Shown: positions 13,039-25,196 of the stretch, one piece after another
Position numbering within the stretch: the first letter of the stretch is position 1
Layout of the letters: every line of letters begins with the position of its first letter
Assembly: GCF_023055435.1 (NCBI RefSeq)
Contig: NW_025963879.1
Coordinates: 23,870,001-23,934,000 of the forward strand
Origin: Haliotis rufescens
Taxonomy: Eukaryota
Length of the DNA: 64,000 nucleotides
Direction: 5' to 3'
Position numbers and translations under genes: made by a program
Notes under the pieces: model-generated
Databases searched by the model: none
Seen by the model: the letters and a program-made list of their open reading frames with translations, nothing else
Told to the model about the DNA's origin: nothing

Positions 13039-13449
13039 CACAGTAGACACCCATATGTATGGTACACGTCGATGTTCCATTTCAACACAGGGCACCATTT
13101 CGCTGAGTAAAACAGTGTATAAACTCACATAAACATATCTCAGTTCTAACCTCTAGTATCAAATGCCACGTTCCTTATGACATGTATGATGCATGTGCTC
13201 ACATCACTATCTGTATTTCGCATTACTTTGTAGTCGGAGTCTGCAGGACTATCGTTTAAAAACTGTATCCACGTTGAACCATCAGTCTACAATATCAAAC
13301 GACATACGTTTTATAAACGTTAGCAAAACGCTGTGTATATTCTTTTCTAAAAATGAGGACTCAATTTACGTTATATAAACTAAAAAAAACCCGCATTCTT
13401 GTGATATTTGAAGGGTGCATTTAATTGGTCATCAGAGAGCAGCTGTATA

Positions 13450-14480
13450 TTAAGATATGATACACGCTACCACATTTGACCCCTATTGCTGGTGTAGACA
13501 TGGAATGTAAAAGGTCAAAGTCATCTGCAGTCAGTATGGTGGGTGCCCACCTATGGATTCTGACTGCCACACATAGTCTGCCCATGGGTATGAATGAGAC
13601 CAGAGGGAACGATTGCCCAATCGGGCTGTGGTGGCAGTGAACGCTGTCGCAGTGTCTGCGGTTGTCGTTAACGCTGTCTCTTCCGCCTTTCCCACTCATC
13701 CTATAAATGTTCGATAACCTTCAAATCAGGCTTTCGACAGGGCAGGACCAATAATGTTGTTGTTTTGTACTTGTGCCATTGTGAGTCTTGATGTGTGCGG
13801 TCTGTCTGGATGCATTGGCCTTCAGTAAAGTGGGAGTGACGCCTGGCTGCAGAATTTCACATGGTACTTTTGTCCGGTGGCGCGAACCATAAATGACCTG
13901 CGGTCGCAAGCTAAATTTGTCACTAACCTGTTTTATATTAATTATGATATATGTCACTAACCTTTCCCCATACTTACCTAGCAGGTTATCTTATGTTGGT
14001 TTGCACATCCACCTCACCTGTGGTCTGGTGGAACACCCTGGGCGCTGGCACAGCAATCCCTGCAATTGCTGAAGAGGCAGGTCAAGTCCTCTTTACGCAC
14101 TGTAGTGCATGGGACCTAGCACACACCAGTTCGGAGAAATACCCGTATTGCATTCAAGTTGTTGTATTTCAACAGGTGTGTCGAGATAATAAAAATTACA
14201 CATCATTAAGCACACGACTTTGGTTGTTCCTGCGACACTGCAATTGAGTTAGATGACACGTAGAACAGGCCGTCTGACCTGCCTCCCGTAGGCGGTTCAC
14301 CGTCGGGCTGAAGTCCAACACAAACGTGGCATGGCGGATGCTGTGGTGGGTCCGTGTCGTGCGTGACGAAACCGATGAAACGACGGTCCTGGACTATGGT
14401 GGTCACATTTGGATACCATGATACCCTATAGAACCAAACCACAATGACATCATTTTGAGATGTGATCCACTATCTGATCC
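13450..14480 (-). mobile_element. Highly degraded Tc1-like transposon relic
   Basis: Minus-strand translation near 13680-13750 gives VLPCRKPDLKVIEHL*DEWERR (cf. SPDLNPIEHLWDELERR). KANASRQTAH near 13790-13825 resembles QDNAPPHTAR. VTTIVQDRRFI and RHARHGPTTASA occur near 14330-14410. Ends not resolved. Confidence 0.6.
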
Positions 14481-14574
14481 GTATCTGGTGTTTAATGTGA
14501 ACAGCACAAAATGATTGTTCAGCTATCATGTGCTAAGAAAACACTTTTGGTTAACTATAAATAACGGTTTCGGA

Positions 14575-15130
14575 ATGCCACGGCTATAACAGGAAACACA
14601 ATATCATGTTTCTGGAGACGTTTTCTACAGCAGTGCAACACTCATAGCGTGCCACGGGCCAGAGGTCCACCAGTTACCTCACGTCAACAAGACAACTGTA
14701 TACGAGGGGTGCATCTACGGAACCGATGCCAAAGAGTTACATTAACAGCTTGGCCAATTCTCGGCTTGGATCAATTAGTTGCAGAACCGTACGCAACCAG
14801 TTAACCCAGCGTTACGCACAATTTTGTTTCCACGTCACTGTCAGGCACGCCTAGACAAGACTGGGACAGTATGCAGTTCACAGATCCAAGTTTTATCGGG
14901 GCAGCCTTGATTGTCGTGCTAAGGTCTACAGGCGTCCAGAAGAACGTTTAACGTTTTAGCAACGCTTGGGGGTGTAATGGTATTGGGTGGCATCACAACT
15001 CACGGGAGAACACATCCCAGCATTGTTAATGGCATTTGCAATTTCCCCCAAAGAACATGTCTGGAGGAGATGGATCGATGCCTACGACCGAACTAGATCC
15101 ATCCGGTGACGCCAGCTCAGTCATGCTTAC
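14575..15130 (+). mobile_element. Degraded Tc1-like transposase relic
   Basis: MPRL start; FWRRFLQQCNTHSVPRARGPPVTSRQQDNCIRGVHLRNR (GRPR-like region); WDSMQFTD; GVMVLGGITTHGRT; multiple stops and frameshifts. Confidence 0.7.
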
Positions 15131-15879
15131 CTCTTTCTCTGATTTTAGTGATCTATTCATATAATTTTCACCGCTATTTCGTTGCTAAGCCCAATGGAGA
15201 ATCTGTATTGGCAGATAATCGAGACTGGTTGTTCTCTATGGTGTTGACGTTTTATAACTTTTTATATAATATTTTGTTCTGCTGCAATACTGAATTTCAT
15301 AAGAATTTTAAGGGTCGTGTCATTTATAGACTGTAAAAATGTGGTATGAAACAGGTTTCAAACATTCTTACCTCTAAGCGTGCTTTGGATTTACGTCCCT
15401 AAAAGGAACAAGTCTTTGTGTGTTTTACCTCAACACGTTAATGACATGTAACACATGTCAGGGGCTCAAAATCCGAAATAACATCTTTTGAACATAACAT
15501 GTTCGCGAAAAGTGTTGAATAAAGTTATTGGTGTCATTCATTAGTTACCCCATCCCGCTTGCGAGTCAACACAAGGTATGTTTACATATATCTACTGTCG
15601 TAACACTCGTTACATCAAGAATCTAGAAGAGTCAGAAGAGAAATGTCAACCGTTGTGTGTTGTTCAATCGAAACACATTTAAACATTAAATATTTGATTA
15701 TCTGAATAAATACAGCAACAAGCAAGAGTCTCGCAAGGTTTGTAGAAATGTACATAATTGAACAGACATGTTCAAGCTCTTGCTTGGTGTTGATGTTGTA
15801 GTGTAAGCATCGCAGAGCAAGATACACCCAGTACGAAAACTGTTTAAACGGTTAAGAGGGTTAACGAGAAGGATGGGTG

Positions 15880-16930
15880 GGTTTGTGGAGAGAGCCCACG
15901 ACTAATACGAAGACAGAGATCATATTAGATGACTAAATGTTAGCTGAGGTAATGATAAGATCTTATGAAAATTATGTGACCTCACATTCTTGTATCACTT
16001 AACGACATACTGCTTGGGTCTTAAGCTTCAATAGCGTAATTGTACTGAGCTGAACCAATAGAGACTGGGTATTCTCTGTTATTTGTTTGTAAGTGAAACG
16101 GGGCAGGCAGTTGGATACTGGTAATTGTGATCTAGAAGAACATTGTGAAACGTGATATTCTCATGGTAATGTCTGGTTATAATTTCAAAGAAGACAGCTT
16201 TCTCAACAGTTGACACATGTTGAAATCTTGCAGAAATTGTCAGTTTGGATTGAACCTCCTAGAAGTGTCTCTAAATTCTGGTAGAGCATTCGTCCTCCTT
16301 CTATACATTTACTTTTGAACACCCTTGATGACCTAGTCTATGTCCAGGGTTCCAACACTGGCAGCTACAATGTTCCCACCTACGGAATATGCTTTCTAGC
16401 AACACATGTTGAGAGCCATGTTTCAGACGACAATTTGGCTGCAGATACATCACTCATAGTATACCAGTGACAGATCATACGTCGTCTCCAGAAAGTGTCC
16501 TTGCATCATGCCTGGACTGCCACGTACTGAACACTGCACCTGCTCTGGTTGCAAGAATGAACACATGATGATGAATCTGAAGGCATAAGTGGCAGTGGCA
16601 GTGGCAGTGACTAGATTATTGTATTGGAAAATATTTGTTGATGTAATGAGTTACGGACAAGATTGAAGCAATTGCAAATAAGTGCTCGACATGGACACTT
16701 CAAAGTAAGTGAATATCATCAGCAATTATAGTATATAACATCGGCGACAGTTATCTTATATATGGCAATAACACGATAGATGGATTTCCTGGTCGAAACC
16801 TAAATTTTGACATTTAAAGTTTTCACACATATTGACGTGAAGACGAAATATTATCATTTTCCTGTATTGGCGGCCATATTGGGAGGCCATTTTGTCCGCC
16901 ATATTGGATAAATCAAATTTCTCAAGCTCA
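15880..16930 (+). mobile_element. Academ-like DNA transposon relic (3' part: nuclease-associated region, Cys-rich tail, subterminal repeats)
   Basis: FPPTEYAF*QHMLRAMFQTTIW at ~16373-16440; KCPCIMPGLPRTEHCTCSGCKN at ~16493-16560; repeated g(g/c)ccatattgg motifs at ~16868-16906. Superfamily assignment is from recalled motif patterns, not a search. Confidence 0.55.
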
Positions 16931-17877
16931 TATATGTAAGATACATAATAGATTCATGTTTTCAAATGAAACAATTTGGTGTACAAGAATGTTAGTGTTG
17001 TCATTTTAAATCTTTTAATATGTAATTATATATATTTTTTATTTATAACAGGACAGGGTTGGGATAACGAGTGGTCAACAGTTTGGTGCAGTTGATGGAA
17101 AGGTGTTCAGTTCTTAAGAAAAGCAAGCCATTAACTATTTAATACTTAGTACTTATCTTAAAGTAAGAATTAAGTCTTAAATTATTACATCAGTGTAATG
17201 CTGCAGAACGTAGGATGTACTTATGGACCGAATTCAAAATATCTAAACAGATCTCAGTTCTAACCTGTAACACGTCCTCACTGCAAGAACGAGAGAGCAA
17301 TCGGTTCTGTTTCATAACGCGAAACAGTTCAGTAAAGCTACCAAAACAATTAGTACATTTAATGTATGTATGTACAATAGTAGTTTCAGGTGATTGTGTT
17401 GAACACTGAGGCTCATATTTTACTTACATTCGTCCCATCTTCTGCTTATTGTTCTCAGCATAGCAAGCAAGGATAAGTGTCATGTAAATATCAATCCTAC
17501 ACCACCATAGCTCACACCACCTCTAGTTATAACACCGAGGGATTAACTCGATGTTGCACTCGCGTTATGATTACAAACAGAAAAAACACATCATACGGAT
17601 GATCTAGTATTCGGAAATAATTGATCCACTTTAATTCGAAGTTCATAATATATTATGTTAGACAATGCTCAGAATAGATCTCAGTAGGAGCAGTACACGG
17701 AGAATGTGTACACAAGTTAAATCTTCATTCATCACATTCAAATAGTAAGGCTAAGATGAGAGCTTCAACACAAACGTAGAATGTGATTTTACCAAATACG
17801 GTGAAATGTGCTTACAGGTAAATACACAATGACACATATCACTACACTTAAATCACCCAACAAAAACGTGACTATAG

Positions 17878-17883
17878 TTTATT
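17878..17883 (-). promoter_or_regulatory. Candidate polyadenylation signal AATAAA downstream of the TRIM stop
   Basis: tttatt on + strand 22-26 nt past the stop, present behind all six copies (e.g. 25166-25171). Confidence 0.4.
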
Positions 17884-17904
17884 GAAAGGAGAATTGTGAC
17901 ATGT

Positions 17905-20317
17905 TCACTCACATGTAAATACCTTCACCGAATCTAGTGTACACGCGTACACACGACCACGCCCACAAACACACACTCCATGTGGATTCTGGACACCATC
18001 CAGCATTGTCAGTATGTTTCTAACAAACTGTCCTGACTCAGTCAGATGGAGGACTCTGTGCAGATGGTAGTCTGTCACCAGGATGTCGCCTGTGCTGGTA
18101 CTTGTGATACCATGTGGATACGGGTATGCGTCTCCTGTAGGGCGGTAGGTGAACACCTCATCTCCCTCGGGAGTCAGACACACGACATACTTGGATCCAC
18201 TGTCACACACCAGGATGTTTCCTGTCCTCGTGGTACAGAGGAAGTAGGGATACTTCAAGATGTATCTACTAGGTTTGCCTGGACAAATTGACCTCAGCAC
18301 GTGTCCCGCCATATCCAGGATATCAACACAGGGAGGGGAGTTGGAACCTGCTGCTAGTGTTGATGGTGTCAGAGACGTTATACCCCAGTACTCTTTGCTG
18401 GTTGTGATGGTTGACAGCAGCACCAGGTCAGGATTGACTTGTACTGTTACAATCCGTCTGTTATCTGGCAGAGTGACAACCACCTGGTTGTCCTTTAACT
18501 TTGTTATAGCCCACGGACGACAACCCACACTGAGCCTGCTGTGACATGGCTGCTTGTTCCTGTTGTAGAAGGACTTCACACTGTTGTTCAAGTAGTCTGT
18601 GACTACCACTGTGTCTGTACCAGTCACCGCTAACACCGTCACGTCATTGGAGTATGCCCCAGATGTATCTCCTGCTACTCTGATGTTAATGGTGTCCTGT
18701 AACACAGGAGTAGCCTTCAGGTCCAGCACACACCCATACAGGACGTCTATCTCACCCAGCTGTAGATCGTCCAGTGCTCTACTCAGCTTGTCCGTGTCCT
18801 GTCTGAACATGATCCTGGCTATTCTTCCCTTCTCCTTCACGTCTGCGACTCCGACAGCCTCCACATCACCGGCCTCACATCCCTGGTACATCTCATACAC
18901 ACCCATGTCACACTCAGATTGTAGAGTCTGGTCTATCAGCTCTGCCTGTTGTTGGTACACCTGTACTGACATCTCACCTGACTTTATGTCTGCCTTCAGT
19001 TCTCCAATGTGTTTGTCAGACATTTCTTTCAGTTCAGCCAAAAGTTTCCGTTCCTTGACTTTGATCATCTCTATTGCTTCGAGACTTGCAGACTTGATAT
19101 TCGATTCTATTTGTAAGTAAAGTGTTAATGCTTCATAGACTTTGGAGTTTTGTTTACCAATATGTGTTTTCATCTCGTCTTGTTTCTTCAACAAATCCTC
19201 TTTATTCCTTCTTAACTCGGTTTTCATTGCAGGAATCTCTGACTCAATTTCAACAACCAGGTCACATTTCTTGTGATGGATTGTGCAGCATGTCTGACAA
19301 ACTGCTGTTTTACAATCTTTACAAATATATTTGATATTTTCATCTTTGTGAACTTTACACATGACCTTTCTCTTGACCCTAACCTTTGTCTCTCTAGACA
19401 TATCAACTACGTCATGGTGTCGGGAAGATGGAATTCGTCTGTGTACTCGAATACATAGTTCACAGAGTGCATCGTCACAAACAGAGCACCAAGATGTAGC
19501 TGGAGTTGTCTCCCCTTCCTCCTTGCAATAACTGCAGTGAGTCGTATCTGAAATATGAATGTAATCATGTAGAAATAGTAACAGTTCTATATCACAATCT
19601 ATTACAGAACTTATGTGGCATATCATGTACATCACTCACGTGGGTGAGACAACATGCATCAATAACATCCCAATACGACGTAATGTAAAAATGTATGTAA
19701 ATAACATTGGATTTGTCTCACTGATAGAAATCGCCATATAGATATAGATTTCAGAAGAAAACAGCGATTGTGTCTGAGATAGACCTAAGACCATCTCCCT
19801 TTCAAATCACGTCAGAATAATCGTTGTTACTTGTTAAAACAGTGTACATGATACGAATTCATAGTCTACATACAGCCTACAAAGAACTTAATAAATGACT
19901 TTCGATATATTTTGAAACCATACAAAATATTTTCCTCGCTCAACACACATTCCTATAATCCAGTCAGGTGTGGAGTTACCTGTTTAGAAATAACATTTAT
20001 ATTCATACAAACCACAAACGCTCACCTTTATATCCGGGGCCAAACGAGTCCAAGAGTCCCTGGATGACAAAGCTAGGCTTGACGTCATCTGCCCACTCCT
20101 CCACTGGTCTCTCAGGGGCAGACACTTTCGTCATCTTGCTGCAGAATGGACACAGGAGAGACTTGGCACTGATGGCTTCTGATCTGGTTTTGGTGTAGTT
20201 GACGACACATTTCCGACAGAAGGCGTGATTACATACAAGTGTACAGGGCTTGTCAAACACCTCTGTACATATCGTGCATGTCAGAAAGTGTTCTGTTAAC
20301 TTCTGTGAGGTCGCCAT
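17905..20317 (-). CDS. TRIM-NHL E3 ubiquitin ligase, copy 1 (RING-Bbox1-Bbox2-CC-NHL), intact, 644 aa
   Basis: Exons 20317-20026 and 19547-17905, joined by a phase-1 GT-AG intron. C3HC4 RING: CTIC..CNHAFCRKC..CPFC. B-box1: CSYC..CSVCDDALCELCIRVH..HH. B-box2: CKVH..CKDC..CQTC..HH. Coiled coil, then six NHL blades (e.g. PHGITSTSTGDILVTDYHLHRV). No filamin domain. Confidence 0.92.
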
Positions 20318-20592
20318 CTTACCTAGAAAAAGACAAACCAGTCGTGTATTGGCTGTATAAAACATGCACGTCTAATCCACAGCCCGAGCTTAACACTCTT
20401 AAACACTAAGGCCGACTTCGGTTGTGATAATTTACTCTCCCGATCAAAAATGTAAAAAAACGATTGTGTATTAACCTATTCCCCAAACTGGAATCTTCCA
20501 GATCTTGAAAACATAAACCAATATCCCGTTTAATAAAAACGTCATCGCACACATTTATAGATGAGTCCAACTTTTGCTTACTGTACCTGCGT

Positions 20593-20673
20593 GTGTGGTT
20601 TGTTTTTGTTATGTGTGTATGTGTGTGTGTGTGTGTATGTGTGCGTGTGCGCGTGTGCGCGTGCGCGTGTGTG
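20593..20673. repeat. (TG)n/(CG)n microsatellite
   Basis: Directly visible. Confidence 0.9.
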
Positions 20674-21665
20674 TTTCTCATCTTTATAGCCACCCGTTCA
20701 CCAGTCTGTATATATATATATCATCTCACTATGGAAATAAATTAAATATTTTCCGTTTCGTTAAAACCAATCTTCCCGATATTTTATCTGCAAGATATTC
20801 GAAGAAAATATATGACTGTAGTTTCGATTCTACACATCTTGTAAGCCCCCCGCCTTTCCCGACTTAAGCATGGATACAGGAACCATTGAACTACCCATAT
20901 AACACATTAACAATGTCGTCAGTTCATCAAGACATGTACTTCTCGAGATTCATAACCAGTTTTGAACACATGAGGTGGTACCTAAGTAGTTTTGTTTGGT
21001 TGTTTGGTTGGTTTTAGTCCGCTTGCTGAAGTTGGAAAATAAGTAAAATATTGATGGCCTGACAGTACGCGTTTGTTATGCAATGCATGTCATGGTGACA
21101 CCGAGAACTCAGAAACAGTGGCCTCACAATGGCAGCTCGTGTGTGGTGCTTGTCAAATCATTATCACAGGCTGGCTTTACAACATGAGGTGTGTGCACTT
21201 GTGAACCGTGTGCAGTGTATCGATCACGTGACATAGTTATGGGGTGACACCAACTCATTACCATATCGAAAGTAGGAGACATTATTACAGTTCACATACT
21301 ATAGAACCATTTCAGATGTGAAATAATACAGTTATGTGGAGGTATTTTCCCGTATGGTTTACTGAAGCATTTGTCAGAGATTATGTCAGTAACAATAACT
21401 GTAACAGACACACGTGATTTATACATTCATATACTTCGGGATCGGTCTCAGTATTGAAGACAAGTGGCCGATCAGAGTATTTAATGACTGTGGATCTTTA
21501 AATTATCCCGGTTAGCCTAAATGTTATATTTAATTAGATACCCGGTCATGAGAATCTGGCAGGAGATGACTGTATAGTTAGATGAACCCTTGTGGTGTTA
21601 CCAGTACAAAGCAGGACAGGTTTGTAGCGTAATAAGTGAAGCAGACACAAGCCTTGTGACAACAC

Positions 21666-21671
21666 ACTTAC
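21666..21671 (-). promoter_or_regulatory. Candidate splice donor of a non-coding 5' exon of the TRIM gene
   Basis: G|GTAAGT on the minus strand, also at 28736, 36303, 45047 and 53681, and as G|GTGAGT at 60925. The ATG exon is preceded 5 nt upstream by a pyrimidine-rich acceptor (ctttttctag). Confidence 0.45.
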
Positions 21672-24600
21672 CCGAGACAAGCAGGTTACCGGTGTCCAGG
21701 GAAATTGAGCAGCCGATGAGATCTATCCTAGAGGGGTGTGGGCGTGATTCGTTCGTTACCAAATCGAGTCATTGTGGGACAAGCTGCTTGCAGGTCACAG
21801 AAATAGGGGCGAGTGGAGGCGAATGGGCGTTTTGTACTTGTTCTAAACACACTGGGTCAAGATTCGATTATTTAAAGGCCGCTTTCATGGAGCTGGAATA
21901 ATCCCGAGTGCCGCGTAAACAACAAACAAACTTACAGACTGACAGCTGTAATATTGATGACAGGAAAACTACAATTATTTACTCGAGAATATGTTACGAT
22001 ACTCTCTTCTTGCGGGTTTCCTTCACCGGTTTAACGTGATTATTTACCAACATACAGTGGCTAATATCTCTGTAAGCTGCTCGCAAACTAATTCTTTCAA
22101 GCTCACTTGGTTGGTGCAATGTACAATAAGCACAAAGTCGTAAATGCTGTATGTTTCTGTACTTTGCATCAAGCATCGATAGCACAACAGTGATTACATT
22201 TCCGTGTTATCACACGCAAATCACAAAACATCGCATCACGATTTATTACCATCGAACCGCTCAGTTCCAGAGTGAATTTGGCAATTCCTCCCAACAACAA
22301 GAGAGCTATTGGTTCTGTGCTTCACAACACGCCACAGTTTAGTAAATTTAGCAAAAGAATTACTGTAACTATTACTAATGCTTAGCAGCCGTTGTGAACA
22401 ACTGATCACTAATTTAGTCACCTTCTATGACGTACAGAAATCAGCTGACGGAATTTAAGTAACATTCTAGACTCGTTTGGCTGTTTTCGTGTTCCACGTC
22501 ATATGATCCGCCTATCTAACTCTGACTTGACTCTCCTGGACCTGAATCCCCGGCAGGACACGTGGCAGAACAGTGGAACTTCAATCCGCATCAGTGTCGT
22601 CGGAATAACGTCTTTAAAACTGTAACAAAACAGTGTTGCTCATTTATGTTTTCCAGCATGACGAGCAAGGAATACTGTCTTGTAAAAATATTCATCATAC
22701 ACATACATATCTCACAAGATCTCCAGGATACAGGGTGGAAATAGCTCCATAACAACTGAAATTATGATTACAAACATGTCACATGGATTTATTTTCAGAT
22801 ATAATTCCATATCATATAAATATATAATTTATAGAATCCACATACGTTCAAAATAAGTACGGTCAATATTTAAAATTCCATCACAATTCCATATAAAATT
22901 CAGATGTGTTCTACTGTGCGATATGTTCATGTTAGATTCATAAAAGCAGTATGTGAACAGCTGTATCTGGCTATTTAGATTACATATAGATTGTGCAAAC
23001 AATTACACACCTTGTCCAACTGGATATCTGTTCATATCATTCAAATAGTAAGGCTTGGATGAGAGATTAAATACTTAAGAAAAAAGTGGGAGTTGTTTAT
23101 CGTACAATAAAACACTGCAGGGAGAATAAACCATGAGGCCAAAACAAGTGGTCAAAAGTTTGGTGCAGTTGATGGAAAGGTATTCAGTTCTTTAGAAAAG
23201 CAAGTCATTAACTATTTAATACTTAGTACTTATCTTAAAGTATGAATTCAGTCTTAAATTATTACATCAGTGCAAATCTAGCAGAACGTTGGATGTACTT
23301 AAGGACCGAATTCAAAGTATCTAAACATATCTCAGTTCTAACCTCTCGTAACAAATGCGTATCTGTAGGACTCTCGTTTTTAAAACTTTATGTGCGTTGA
23401 ACCATCAGTCTACAATATCAAACGACAAACGTTTTATAAACACTAGCAAAAAATGTATATTCTTTTCTTAAAATGAGGACTTAATTAATTTCAGGGCTTA
23501 CAGATACTGTGCATACAGAAGATTCTCAACTTAAAGTCCGGTTTATTAAGGACGTCCCAAAAACGAGGCTGCCAACCCCCATTTTGGTAAGTGGGATTTA
23601 GGGGTCTATTTAGAGTGTATTCGGTACTCAGCGATGTGGAAGAGAAGAAGAAGATCGTATTTGGTATGCAGGTTCAACATTAATTCCAAAAAATTGGTGT
23701 ACGCAAATGTTTTCTTCATATATTTTATATTTGTTTCTATTTTTCAGTAATTTTACTTGAAATCGCACCCTTTTCTCAATGCTTTTGAGATTTGTGATGA
23801 GTTTCAGTAATAGGAAAATGAGACTGAAAACGGTATTCAGGACTCAGAAGAGAATGGGGTTGGCACCCTAAAAATGTAGAAAGGTTCATCCACATAACCG
23901 TGTCTGGCCCGGAGTGACCTGGAATCCCCACGGAATGTGTTGATATACTTCTAGGGTGTTTATGTAAACCCATTCTTGGCAGAGCTGCATTAGGCGTTGA
24001 ACAAAGAGGCAAATGTCCATGTTCTTGTTTCAATACCCAAAATACTTCAAACTAGTTTCTAAAAACATCCTTAATAAACGTGGGACGCTGTTCTTACTAT
24101 CAATCATAGGTTTGTCTGGTCATAGCTGGAATGTTGCGGAGTGCGGCGGAAAACAACAAGCAGCCTATTGAAGGTCTCACCGTGGTGATTCCGGGTTGGT
24201 ATAGGTATTAGTATAGTCGAGGCGACCAAATGGATGCGATGTTCAGGCTCCACCACTTGGTTGATTCAGTGTCATCGTGACCCAACGACTTGAATGTTGC
24301 TTGTGATGTCAATCACTGGTTTCTTGCGTCCATACTCGATTATTTACCGTCATATACATGTAGCTTGAATATTGACCAACGTAGAAATACAGTGGATTCA
24401 TTTATTTGTAACACACATAAACGGCACACTCTGTGGTAGAATGTTCATAGCTTCAAGTGCATTCGTTCACTGCATTTTATGGCGCTTCAAAAAACATTGC
24501 ATCACGATTTATCTCCCTTAGACCGATCAACGGCCAAGTGAATATAACACGTCCTCACTGCAGGAACGGGAGAGCAATCGGTTCTGTGTTTCATAACGCG

Positions 24601-25196
24601 AAACAGTTCAGTAAAGCTACCAAAACAATTAGTACATTTAATGTATATATCTATATACATCTATATCATGTGATTTTGTTGAACACTGATACTCATATTT
24701 CACGTATATCCGTCCCATCTTCTGCTTATTGTCCTCAGCATAGCAAGCAAGGATTACTGTCATGTAAATATCCATCCTACACCGCCATAGCTCACACCAC
24801 CTCTAGTTATAACACAGTAGAAATTAGCTCCGGGTTACACTCGCGTTATGATTACAAACATGAAAAACACATCATACCGACGATCTGGTATTCGGAAATA
24901 ATGAAACCACTTTTATTCGAAGTTCATAATATATTAAATTAGACAATGCTCAGAATAGATTTTAGTGATACGAGCAGTACACAAAGAGCCATGTCTTGCT
25001 ACTCAGATAACACATAAAATGTTTACACAAGTTAAATCTTCATTCACAATTCATTCAACGCAAATGTAGAATGTGATTTTACCAAATACAGTGAAATGTG
25101 CTTACAGTTAAATACACAATGACACATATCACTGCACATAAATCCCCCAACAAAGACGACTATAGTTTATTGACAGGAGACTTGTCACATGTTCAC

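Noticed and set aside
12960-13046. Alternative acidic frame [11 protein letters not shown]... in the last SLC6 exon
   Set aside because: Out of frame with the acceptor at 12915; would need an indel for which there is no evidence.
21994-22185. ~60-aa minus-strand ORF (MLSMLDAKYR...) open in five spacers
   Set aside because: No recognisable motif; persistence is explained by recent duplication; deleted in unit 2.
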